From the NCBI GenBank assembly GCA_027460535.1, contig JAPZAR010000004.1, positions 30,001 through 62,000 of the forward strand: a DNA stretch of 32,000 nucleotides. The letters are read 5' to 3'. Position 1 is the first letter of the stretch; the number at the start of each line of letters is the position of its first letter. Made by a program: the position numbers and the translations under genes. This stretch comes from Candidatus Methanoperedens sp. (lineage in GTDB: Archaea > Halobacteriota > Methanosarcinia > Methanosarcinales > Methanoperedenaceae). The notes under the pieces are model-generated. The model saw only the letters and a program-made list of their open reading frames with translations, did no database searches and was not told the DNA's origin. Positions 8,408-16,902 of the stretch are shown piece after piece.

Positions 8408-9484
8408 ATGAAAAAAATATATGAGATCGTCCCAAAAATCCTGCAGTATAAGTTTTTCCGAAAATATAACTATCCAAAAATACTTCCTCTCAATCTGACT
8501 GTGAGCGCAACATATCGCTGCAATTCAAGATGTAAGACCTGCAATGTCTGGAAGAAAAACACTAGCGAGTTCACATCAGATGAGTTCGACAGGACATTCA
8601 GATCAATAGGCGATTCGCCGTACTGGCTCACCATCAGTGGTGGAGAGCCATTTTTGAGAGATGATATCGTGGATATTTCCTGCAGCGCCTATCATCATTT
8701 TAAACCCGGGATTATCAATATACCCACAAACGGTATTCTGCACAATAAGATCCCGCTTCGGGTCGAAGAGATAATCGGGAACTGCCCGGAAACGCAGATC
8801 ATTGTCAATCTTTCGATTGATGGGATCGGAGAGAGACACGATACTATCCGGAACGTTAAGAATAATTTTGAAAAAGCCATGAAAACCTACGAAGCGCTGC
8901 GCGGTCTTGACTTCCCCAATTTCAATCTGGGAATCCATACCGTAATATCAAAATTTAATGTGCATGAGATACCGCAGATATACGATCATCTAATAGAAAA
9001 AAACCCGGATTCATATATAACGGAGATCGCAGAGGAGAGGGTGGAACTGGATACAATAGGGTCTGGAATAACGCCTTCGCTGGAAGAATATTCAAAGGCC
9101 ATAGACTTTCTTATCAATAGAATTGAACATGAGAAATATTCAGGCGTATCAAAGATGACGCAGGCTTTCCGGCTGGAATACTACAACCATGTTAAAAAAG
9201 TCCTGAAGGAAAAAAAGCAAATTCTTCCCTGCTATGCAGGATTTGCCTCCGCTCACATTGCACCTGACGGCGATGTCTGGCCATGCTGCATAAGAGCAGA
9301 AAGTGTTGGTAATTTGAGGGACGCGGATTACGATTTCAAAAAAGTATGGTTCAGCGATAAAGCTTACGGACTGAGGGAGAGCATAAAAAAGAATGAATGC
9401 TATTGCCCTCTGGCTAACGCGCATTATACGAATATGCTGTGCGATATAAAGACTATGGCTAGGGTCGGGATGAGGGCGGTTTAA
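8408..9484 (+). CDS. Radical SAM enzyme with Cys-rich C-terminal (SPASM-like) extension
   Basis: 358 aa. Contains CNSRCKTCN (CxxxCxxC), GGEPFL and SIDGIGERHDTIR. The C-terminal cysteines are CYAG...WPCC...ECYCP. Confidence 0.8.
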   Translation: MKKIYEIVPKILQYKFFRKYNYPKILPLNLTVSATYRCNSRCKTCNVWKKNTSEFTSDEFDRTFRSIGDSPYWLTISGGEPFLRDDIVDISCSAYHHFKPGIINIPTNGILHNKIPLRVEEIIGNCPETQIIVNLSIDGIGERHDTIRNVKNNFEKAMKTYEALRGLDFPNFNLGIHTVISKFNVHEIPQIYDHLIEKNPDSYITEIAEERVELDTIGSGITPSLEEYSKAIDFLINRIEHEKYSGVSKMTQAFRLEYYNHVKKVLKEKKQILPCYAGFASAHIAPDGDVWPCCIRAESVGNLRDADYDFKKVWFSDKAYGLRESIKKNECYCPLANAHYTNMLCDIKTMARVGMRAV

Positions 9485-9966
9485 CAGAATACTGTTTTAG
9501 AACCATGCCTGTTAAGAGAACAAGTGTGACTGCAACTCCAATGCTTGAGAATATGGGCGCGTCCATGTCTGTGGTCAGGCGGAATACAACTGGCTCAAAA
9601 TAGATATTGAGCTTCAAATTCAGATCCGCAACATTGTTCATGTTGGTTGTCAATTCTGTGACGACGTGGATCGATTTGTTGAATAGGGGCCAGAAAACAG
9701 GCGTGAAATAGGTAAAAGCGGATGATCAATATCACCAGTGTCGCGACTACTGAATCACCAAATCGTTCTTTATAGAATTTTTTTGCAACAATGATTGCCG
9801 GAACAAAGAATATGAGTATAAAAAACATGGAGTGGAGCGATGAACGTGGAAGAGGACATCGAGATCGGGCAGCACGGCAAGCAGGGAGAGCCGCTTTCTT
9901 CGTGCCAAGACCATACATCACGAGCAGGAAGAATGGGATTATAAAATGAATCAATGGTTCGGGCAT
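9459..9966 (-). pseudogene. Decayed DUF457/YdjM-like membrane-bound metal-dependent hydrolase
   Basis: The N-terminus MPEPLIHFIIPFFLL is in the ATG 9966 frame. The family motif LPDLDVLFHVHRS is encoded only in another frame (9836..9875). The C-terminal TPVFWPLF...IGVAVTLVLL is in a third frame (ORF 9459..9653). Confidence 0.45.
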
Positions 9967-9984
9967 AACTCTAATTTTTCTCTA

Positions 9985-11121
9985 TTAAAGCGCCTCAAAG
10001 ATGTTTCTGGAATCCGGAGGGCAGCCTTCTATATGCACAAGATGGTTCTTATCCGCTATCTCTTTAGTGCAATCCCCCAGACATATCACTTTTCCCTTTA
10101 CATCAGGTATTTCAGCGTGTTTGCCCTGAATAATATATAAATGCCTAAGCAATGCATAGTATGTGAATTTCGGAAGGAAAGAAAACCAACATTTCGGGCT
10201 CCAAATTGAGGATTTCACGGCAAGAGAAAACGAGTCAATGCACATAGAGCATGCATAGGGATTTCTCCATGAGTAAACATTCAGGAATTTTCCATATTTT
10301 TCATTCGCCTGTTTGAAGTTTGTTCTTACTTCCTGTATATCAATACCTATTAAATCAGGGGCTTCCTGACCTATGTTCTGTCTTATCCCTTGCGCTATAT
10401 GCTTCACGTTTTTATAGTCTATGCCCATGATTCCACAGCATACCATATCGGTCTCCGCCTGGTTTGTCCCTATCACGAGGACGCCTGCCTTTTTCTTTCT
10501 ACCATTGAGAGGACCTTCGCCTTCCATGCCTTCGATGGCATCGACTATAATAAGATGCGGTTGTACCACTTTAGCCAATTCCACAAGAGGCTCGTGCAGA
10601 CCGAGCTTGTGGAACTTCTGCTTATCGGTGCGGGATAAAAGCCCTTTCTGGTTCTTCATCGAAAGCGTTACGGCTGTCTGGCCGTGGGTTTTCATCTTGG
10701 GCATGTTGATGTACAGATCTGACTCAAGCACGAGCTTCGGGAGCTTGACGGTACCGTATTTCCATTTAATCTCGATGCGCTCGGCTTTATTGAGATTTAT
10801 GAGCTTCACGTTCTTTTTTTCAGCGAGTTTGCGGTAGCCTGACAGCTCGAAGGCTTTGAGTTCGTCGGCGCCCACGCCTGGGCCTTCTCCTATGATAATA
10901 TCTTTAAAACCGATTTCTTTCAGCACGTTGATGAGAGCTTCCACGACTGCGGGGTGGGTTATTATTGCCGAGCCTGGTTTTGCGGGGATGACGATGTTGG
11001 GTTTCAGGAGGGCAGTGTTTTTGCTGTTTAAGTTCAAGCCCAGATCTTTAATCGCATCTCTGATCAGATGCTCAAGGGATTTCACATCATAGTTTTTAGC
11101 CTTAACCACTTTTACTGTCAT
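9985..11121 (-). CDS. DUF362 domain protein
   Basis: 378 aa. The pattern ALLKPNIVIPAKPGSAIITHPAVVEALINVLKE...IIIGEGPG...MKTHGQTAVTLSMKN is typical of DUF362. Its start overlaps the upstream methyltransferase stop by 20 nt. Confidence 0.7.
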   Translation of the reverse strand: MTVKVVKAKNYDVKSLEHLIRDAIKDLGLNLNSKNTALLKPNIVIPAKPGSAIITHPAVVEALINVLKEIGFKDIIIGEGPGVGADELKAFELSGYRKLAEKKNVKLINLNKAERIEIKWKYGTVKLPKLVLESDLYINMPKMKTHGQTAVTLSMKNQKGLLSRTDKQKFHKLGLHEPLVELAKVVQPHLIIVDAIEGMEGEGPLNGRKKKAGVLVIGTNQAETDMVCCGIMGIDYKNVKHIAQGIRQNIGQEAPDLIGIDIQEVRTNFKQANEKYGKFLNVYSWRNPYACSMCIDSFSLAVKSSIWSPKCWFSFLPKFTYYALLRHLYIIQGKHAEIPDVKGKVICLGDCTKEIADKNHLVHIEGCPPDSRNIFEAL

Positions 11122-12004
11122 TTTTCTCTGCTATTACATAGGGATGGTGGGCATAGAATTTCTTAAGCGTTGCCGGTGTTGTGCTTTCGATCATAAGATG
11201 CCAGACTTTGAAGAGACGGAATACTATCTCATTCTTCTTGGATGATTTTTGAAATGAATTGATTTCATTGATAACATCACTCACATCCTTTAACCCTGCT
11301 GCGGGTCTTAACCTGTTCGCAAGATCCTTATATATCCTCTTGTCATTGTTCTGTCTAGACGCCATTTCTTTTAGCCTGATGTTAATATCAGGCCACGGAG
11401 GCATATCTGTTGCTCCTGTTTCAACCATCAGGGCATTATTTTTATTAATGATTCCCCTTATATTTGAAAGTTTCATCTGATTTAAGGTTCCGTGATCCCA
11501 GGGAGCCCCTGTTAAAAAGTGATAGAGTCGATGAACAGGAAAGCCTATATTTAAAGGGTTCTGGATCTCAAGAAAAATGTACTTTTGGGACACTCGCAGC
11601 ATCTCCTCCACGACATCACCCGGGTTGTCGAAATGCTCATACACACAGAAGTTCCAGACCAGATCGAATGAATTATCTTTGAATTTAGAGCCGGTCCAGC
11701 ATGTTTTGACAAAATTCGCATCAAGACCAAGAGCACCCCATACCTTTCTGGCCGTATCCAAAAATTCTTGTGATGGATGGGAAATAGTAACATCACATCC
11801 TACTTTTGCGAACACAAGGCTTTTCACACCAGGTATCCCCATCACGCCGTTAGCCGGCATTTCAAGAACGGTTGATATGTTGTATTTTTTTACCATCTTT
11901 GCGGCGAATTTATTCAAGGCGAAACGTTCGTATTCTGTGCCGTAGCCTTCGTTGAAGAGGGGATAGTATTGCTGGAGGGATCTGATGCTATCTGGGGTTA
12001 TCAT
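11102..12004 (-). CDS. Class I SAM-dependent methyltransferase-like protein (atypical motif I)
   Basis: 300 aa. VLEMPANGVMGIPG sits in place of the GxGxG motif, and FDLVWNFCVYEHFDNPGDVVEEMLRV is Methyltransf_11/23-like. Overlaps the GT4 stop by 17 nt. Confidence 0.55.
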   Translation of the reverse strand: MITPDSIRSLQQYYPLFNEGYGTEYERFALNKFAAKMVKKYNISTVLEMPANGVMGIPGVKSLVFAKVGCDVTISHPSQEFLDTARKVWGALGLDANFVKTCWTGSKFKDNSFDLVWNFCVYEHFDNPGDVVEEMLRVSQKYIFLEIQNPLNIGFPVHRLYHFLTGAPWDHGTLNQMKLSNIRGIINKNNALMVETGATDMPPWPDINIRLKEMASRQNNDKRIYKDLANRLRPAAGLKDVSDVINEINSFQKSSKKNEIVFRLFKVWHLMIESTTPATLKKFYAHHPYVIAEKNDSKSG

Positions 12005-13148
12005 GCACTTTTTTCACCATCTCATATATCTCAGCGGTTCTTTCCGCTATTTTATCCCAGTCGTAATCTTTGACAAATTCAAGCCCATTTTTTTTAAGGT
12101 TTTCATACAGATCTTCATCCGTCAAAAGTTTTTGTATTGCGACTTCAATCTCTGACTGCGGAACTAACAGACCATTGTAATTATTTTTTATTACGTCTCC
12201 CACAGCGCTACCTTCTGCTTTAACTGCTATTGGGGGGGTACCTGCTGCCATCGCTTCGAGTAACACGATGCCCTGCCCTTCCCTGATAGACGGAAGAACC
12301 AGTATCCAGGAGGATTTCATAACGGCTATTAATCGATCGTAGGGAATGGGATCGAGGAATGTTATATCTTTGAGATCCAGTTTTTTGGATAAATTTATGA
12401 GATATTCTTTTTGTGGGCCTTTACCAACGATTATCAGATCAATATCCTTGTATCCTTTTTTAAGTTGGTGATAAGCGAAAAGTAATTTATCAACACATTT
12501 ATGGCTCTCCAGCCTACCAACATATAATATTCTTCCATATCTTTTCTCGGCTGAAACTCCATTGAATTTTTTCAGGTCAACACCGTTTGAGATTACAGAT
12601 ATTTTATTTGGATTTACTTTAAGCAGGTCGACCATTCGCCGCTTTGTGGTCTCGGAGACTGCGATATTGAAGTCTGATACCTTCGGCATATATAACTCCA
12701 AATAAAATCCTGGTATAGCCATCATCGAGCTATACTGTCCAAAATTTTCCTTGTACCATACTTCGTGCCAAGTTTCGACCATGGGCACATGAATAGATTT
12801 TGAAATAAAATAAGAAGCATAGGGAAGCGTCTTTGAAACTATATTACAATCTATTATATCAAACTTATTATTCTTTTGAATTAATTCAAGATTCTTCTTC
12901 AACAGGTGCAGACTAAATTTTATATTAAGAACGTAAGATTCTTTTTCAACACTATTTGATATATTGTGTATGCCATATCTGTGTATATGCATCCCTTCCA
13001 TATACTCTTCATCTACGCAACCATCTATTCCAGTCGTATATACATGTAGCTCATGGTTTCTAGAGAGTCTTCTACCTACCTCATAGAACCTATTACCGCT
13101 TCCGACAATGAAAGGAGGGAACCAAGTGGAAAGGAATGCGATTTTCAT
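11988..13148 (-). CDS. Family 4 (GT-B) glycosyltransferase
   Basis: 386 aa. N-terminus MKIAFLSTWFPP..GSGNRF and the C-terminal EX7E region REGQGIVLLEAMAAGTPPIA. Confidence 0.85.
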   Translation of the reverse strand: MKIAFLSTWFPPFIVGSGNRFYEVGRRLSRNHELHVYTTGIDGCVDEEYMEGMHIHRYGIHNISNSVEKESYVLNIKFSLHLLKKNLELIQKNNKFDIIDCNIVSKTLPYASYFISKSIHVPMVETWHEVWYKENFGQYSSMMAIPGFYLELYMPKVSDFNIAVSETTKRRMVDLLKVNPNKISVISNGVDLKKFNGVSAEKRYGRILYVGRLESHKCVDKLLFAYHQLKKGYKDIDLIIVGKGPQKEYLINLSKKLDLKDITFLDPIPYDRLIAVMKSSWILVLPSIREGQGIVLLEAMAAGTPPIAVKAEGSAVGDVIKNNYNGLLVPQSEIEVAIQKLLTDEDLYENLKKNGLEFVKDYDWDKIAERTAEIYEMVKKVHDNPR

Positions 13149-13173
13149 AAGCCAAATTTAAAGTTATCAATAC

Positions 13174-13183
13174 TTATATATAT
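13174..13183. promoter_or_regulatory. Candidate shared (bidirectional) TATA element
   Basis: TTATATATAT is centred about 30 nt from both divergent ATGs (13148 on minus, 13208 on plus). This spacing fits archaeal TATA-to-TSS distance for leaderless mRNAs. Confidence 0.35.
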
Positions 13184-13207
13184 GTAGATAAGTTGACAGA
13201 TAGCGTT

Positions 13208-14263
13208 ATGAATAGTGTAACTTCAAAAATGAGGATTTTTAAAAAAGTTGGCATTAATTATCTTAGTTATAAGATGGGATATCCCAAACCGTTTTTTTGC
13301 TTATATGTTTCAACTTTACAGTGTAATCTTAGGTGTAAACATTGTTTTGTGGAATCCCCTCATCAATATGATAAAGAGAAGAAAGAGTATTGGGATAATC
13401 TTAGTAAGGATCTCACTACCGAACAGGCTAAATATGCGATTGATCAGCTAGATAAGATTGGTATCTCTGTACTGCATATCACTGGTGGTGAGCCGTTGCT
13501 CAGAAAAGATCTTGAGCAGATTGCTTTACATGCAAAAATGAAAGGCATGTACGTTTCCATGGATACCAATGGTACATTGATGACTATAGATAGGGCAAAA
13601 TCATTAAGTTGTTTTGAGAGAATAGGCATCTCGGTAGACGGGATTGGAGAAACACACGAGATTATAAGGGGCATAAACACATTTGAAAAAACAAAAAATG
13701 CAATAAAACTTCTTAAAAAGTATACGAGTTCTATGATAGGGATCGTGTTTACGATTAATAAAATGAATTATAATAATATAGACAGTGTGTTTGAATTTGC
13801 TAAAGAACATGGTGATTTCGTCACTTTCCTGCCTATAGATAACATCAAGGAGCTTTCTTTGAATGAAGAAAAAGCAAAAGAAATTGGAGAGAAGATTATT
13901 AAATTAAAAAAAGAGAATTATTCTTTCATTGAGAATCCTATGGAATATATCGAACTACTCCCATACTTTCTGCAGGGGATGACAGCGATTGAATGTAATG
14001 TTGAGTGTCATCCATCTGCACTTTACTTCGTACTGGGTCCAAGCGGGGATTTAAGCGGGTGTACTTCACTGCATTCATATGTGGGTAATGTTTTAAAAGA
14101 TGACATTATGGATATGCACAAGCAGGGAATATCAAAAATATCAGATACTCGCAGCAAATGTGGGGGATGCAGTATAACATGTGCCATACAAAACTCTATG
14201 TTGTTTAATCAATCCGTTTATAAAGCAATTGTTACTGCTACATCAAAATTTTTAAGAAGTTAA
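13208..14263 (+). CDS. Radical SAM enzyme (paralogous in architecture to 8408..9484)
   Basis: Contains CNLRCKHCF (CxxxCxxC), GGEPLL and SVDGIGETHEIIRG. The C-terminal Cys cluster is CNVEC...GC...CGGCSITC. ATG 13208 is preferred on promoter geometry. TTG 13193 and ATG 13229 are alternatives. Confidence 0.8.
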   Translation: MNSVTSKMRIFKKVGINYLSYKMGYPKPFFCLYVSTLQCNLRCKHCFVESPHQYDKEKKEYWDNLSKDLTTEQAKYAIDQLDKIGISVLHITGGEPLLRKDLEQIALHAKMKGMYVSMDTNGTLMTIDRAKSLSCFERIGISVDGIGETHEIIRGINTFEKTKNAIKLLKKYTSSMIGIVFTINKMNYNNIDSVFEFAKEHGDFVTFLPIDNIKELSLNEEKAKEIGEKIIKLKKENYSFIENPMEYIELLPYFLQGMTAIECNVECHPSALYFVLGPSGDLSGCTSLHSYVGNVLKDDIMDMHKQGISKISDTRSKCGGCSITCAIQNSMLFNQSVYKAIVTATSKFLRS

Positions 14264-14281
14264 TCTTAAAGCAATATAGAG

Positions 14282-15289
14282 GTGTCAGACATTAAGCTTA
14301 AGAAATTCATGGGCTATAGAGGCTGGAAGGTCTGGACTAGCTATGATATGCATATCTGCCTCCTTGCACTTTTTTATGTTTTAATTGTAGATAACCTATT
14401 AAGACCATTAGATTCTTTATTTTTGATTTCTTCACTTGGGTTTTATTTCATGTACGGTTTTTTAATAAACGATTTCTGTGATATATCATATGACATTGCA
14501 GCAGGCAAAAAAAGGATTATTCAAGGATTACCAAAAGTTGCGTTTATTGGAATAATCCTCAGCGTCGTGCTTATAAGTGCATTGCATTTATTGTATCTAA
14601 ATAATATTCTATACACAGTAATCTACATAGTTTCGTATTTACTTGCCACTCTTTACTCTGCCTTGCCAATAAGATTTAAAGCAAGAGGTTTTTCCGGGAT
14701 TATCGTTAACGGTCTCATAGAAAAGGGATTGCCTGTTCTTGCTATATTCTCATATTTCAATCATTTTAAGTTAGATACGCTCATATTCGTGCAGGCTTCG
14801 TTTTTAATCGAGGTTGTAGAGATAATAACACACCAAATATTAGATTATGAAGCTGATTTAAATACTGGAGTTCGTACTTATGTCGTTGATGTAGGGAGAG
14901 AAAAAGCATTGAAAATATATAACAATTTTATATGCCCCATCTCTGGATCGATTGTAGTATTTATGTCTCTTTTCATATCGATAAATATCCCATATGCAGT
15001 TTTTTTTGTCGCGGCCGGCTTCATAGGCTATCCAGTGTTGACCCTATTGATATTAAAAGGTAAGTTAAAAAGAGAAAAAAAGATTATTCCATTATATTTC
15101 TCTTGTATGTATTTCTTAATCAACAACATACTCCCTTTGTTTTTTGCGTTCATTCTCAGCCTAAAAAATTCCTTAAACGTAGTTCTTCTCTTGGTGGCGC
15201 TTGTTTCCCAATATTATATATTAAAATATAATTTAAACTCTCTTAAGAAAAAAGCTTTAATTCACTTTGAACTTTTTACGGATACATGA
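14282..15289 (+). CDS. UbiA-family polytopic prenyltransferase
   Basis: 335 aa, multi-TM. Has both Asp-rich motifs, NDFCDISYD (14468..14494) and DYEADLNTG. The start is GTG 14282, with ATG 14309 as an alternative. Begins 18 nt after the radical SAM gene. Confidence 0.8.
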   Translation: MSDIKLKKFMGYRGWKVWTSYDMHICLLALFYVLIVDNLLRPLDSLFLISSLGFYFMYGFLINDFCDISYDIAAGKKRIIQGLPKVAFIGIILSVVLISALHLLYLNNILYTVIYIVSYLLATLYSALPIRFKARGFSGIIVNGLIEKGLPVLAIFSYFNHFKLDTLIFVQASFLIEVVEIITHQILDYEADLNTGVRTYVVDVGREKALKIYNNFICPISGSIVVFMSLFISINIPYAVFFVAAGFIGYPVLTLLILKGKLKREKKIIPLYFSCMYFLINNILPLFFAFILSLKNSLNVVLLLVALVSQYYILKYNLNSLKKKALIHFELFTDT

Positions 15290-15426
15290 TGGATGAAATG
15301 AAAAAAGATATAATAGTTGTGATTTGTTTATTTTTTTCTGCATTTTTAATACTATCTGCTTGTGTATCTATTGTAACAATGTATGAGGATGAGTACTTAT
15401 TTTGGGAAGATGCAAATCTGGTATGA
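15286..15426 (+). pseudogene. N-terminal 46-codon fragment of a GT-C (PMT/ArnT-like) glycosyltransferase, truncated at an IS-remnant junction
   Basis: The ATG overlaps the UbiA stop (ATGA). MMDEMKKDIIVVICLFFSAFLILSACVSIVTMYEDEYLFWEDANLV aligns with the N-terminus of the intact GT-C at 19262 (MKIEKIDYLIIICLLLISFLIRASGGTKVPMYGDEWIYWTNVNRIL), including the loop-1 DE motif. Confidence 0.5.
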
Positions 15427-15439
15427 CCCTTTAATTTAC

Positions 15440-15800
15440 TGATGTTTTAAAATAGGGAAAAGTGAGCATCTCCTCCGAAGACCAAATATGATCAGTTTTT
15501 GCCTGCCATCATTGGTGTTCTGAGCATATCTCAGATATATTCTCGGTATCTTATAGGATTCTGAGGTCTTCCCTTCTTTCGAGTTCTATCAGGTGTAATC
15601 ATTTCACTGTAAAGTTAAAAAGAGCCACTGTATATTGATTATTCCCATCACTTACAAACAAAGGTAACTCCTTCTTTTTATCCAGATACGAATCAATTCC
15701 TTCGATCAATTTGTCTGCTGACTCCTAAATTCTGGGGCCAACTACTATACAAAGGAGTTAATCGTGACTCTTTTGCAAAACCTACCCAAATCCATGTTAT
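15440..15800 (-). pseudogene. DDE-type transposase remnant (family not assignable by eye)
   Basis: The reverse strand encodes, across several frames, TWIWVGFAKESR / LPLFVSDGNNQYTVAL / RKKGRPQNP / YLRYAQNTNDGRQKLIIFG. These resemble core blocks of a DDE transposase and are interrupted by stops and frameshifts. Confidence 0.35.
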
Positions 15801-15956
15801 CTAGAATTACTGTGGAATTCCTTAAGAGGATTTCGATTAACTTGCAATTTTCCCTGAATTTTGAGCATGTTATGAATTTTCATGCTTATCTGCCTACTTA
15901 TTTCTGTTTTTTTTCTGTATCTTCATATATTTTTTGAATTTGTTAGATAGCTATCG

Positions 15957-16902
15957 CTATTCAATCACTTGTTTTTTGAAGGTCAAGAGCTGAAATAGGT
16001 TGAATCCAAATGATGCAAAAACCATTTTAACAACTACCCTTGCAACGGTCGTAACCATAGTATGCCCTGATTTGAATACATTTTTGATCACTGAGTAAGG
16101 TCTTTCTCCAGGTGCCCTTTTCTTGCTGATTCGTCTATTCCGCAGAAATATCTCTGATACCGATAGGATGACCTCTAACGGACCGTCTCATTGTGGCATT
16201 ATATCACTTTGAAAATGCCGCAAAGTATCCCTTATCTTTGTATGCAACATCTCCAGGTTTTGTTAGATCAATTTGATTGTCATGAACCGATGCAGTCGTA
16301 GTTTCAATATCTCTTATGAGACCATAATCGATATCGGACTTTGAGTGAAGTTTAAAACCGAAATACGACTTACTGTTCTTTTTTGTCCATGTTCCATCTC
16401 TACTTCTTCGTGTTTTGGCTTCATCTCCCCTTGGTTTATCTGCCTTAGTATGTCCAGGGTCGGATGTAATGAAAGTTGCATCTTGTATTACCCCCTTCTT
16501 TACCTTCAGTCCTTTTGAGTCAAGTTGCCTCTGCAATTCGTGCCAGATCTTTTTATCTCTGCCTGTCTTGCTCAATCTTTCCCTAAAAGTCCATACTGTT
16601 GAGAAATCAGGAATTGTATCTGGGAAGCCCAAAAACTTACGAAAAGATATCCTATCAGTAATTTGTCTCTCAAGTTCAGGGTCAGAAAGACCATGCCATT
16701 CCTGTAAGATCAAGACTTTTATAATCACGATTTCATCGATGTTGGGACGTCCACCTTTCTCGGTTTTATTATCGTAAATATCCGAAACAATAGGTCAGAA
16801 TGCTTCCCAATCGATCAATTTTTCTATATCTGACAATCTATCTCCCAAACGTTTTACTCGTTCGTACTCTTCTCGAAATGCAAAATCGATAAACGAAGCC
16901 AT
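15957..16902 (-). pseudogene. IS5-family transposase, inactivated (in-frame TGA plus frameshifts)
   Basis: ATG 16902 gives MASFIDFAFREEYERVKRLGDRLSDIEKLIDWEAF, then an in-frame TGA (16795..16797). The same frame continues PIVSDIYDNKTEKGGRPNIDEIVIIKVLILQEWHGLSDPELE... to 16204. The C-terminal block RNRRISKKRAPGERPYSVIKNVFKSGHTMVTTVARVVVKMVFASFGFNLFQLL (15957..16142) lies in another frame. Confidence 0.7.

Noticed and set aside
10390-11945. Plus-strand ORFs inside the DUF362 and methyltransferase genes (10390..10638, 10421..10837, 10856..11092, 11259..11480, 11464..11682, 11577..11945), and the minus-strand out-of-frame ORF 11551..11796.
   Set aside because: They are antisense or out-of-frame shadows of two motif-supported minus-strand genes.
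16795-16797. The in-frame TGA in the IS5-type transposase, considered as programmed recoding or selenocysteine.
   Set aside because: The same gene carries additional frameshifts and an out-of-frame C-terminus, and no SECIS-like element was noted. Simple inactivation is the economical explanation.
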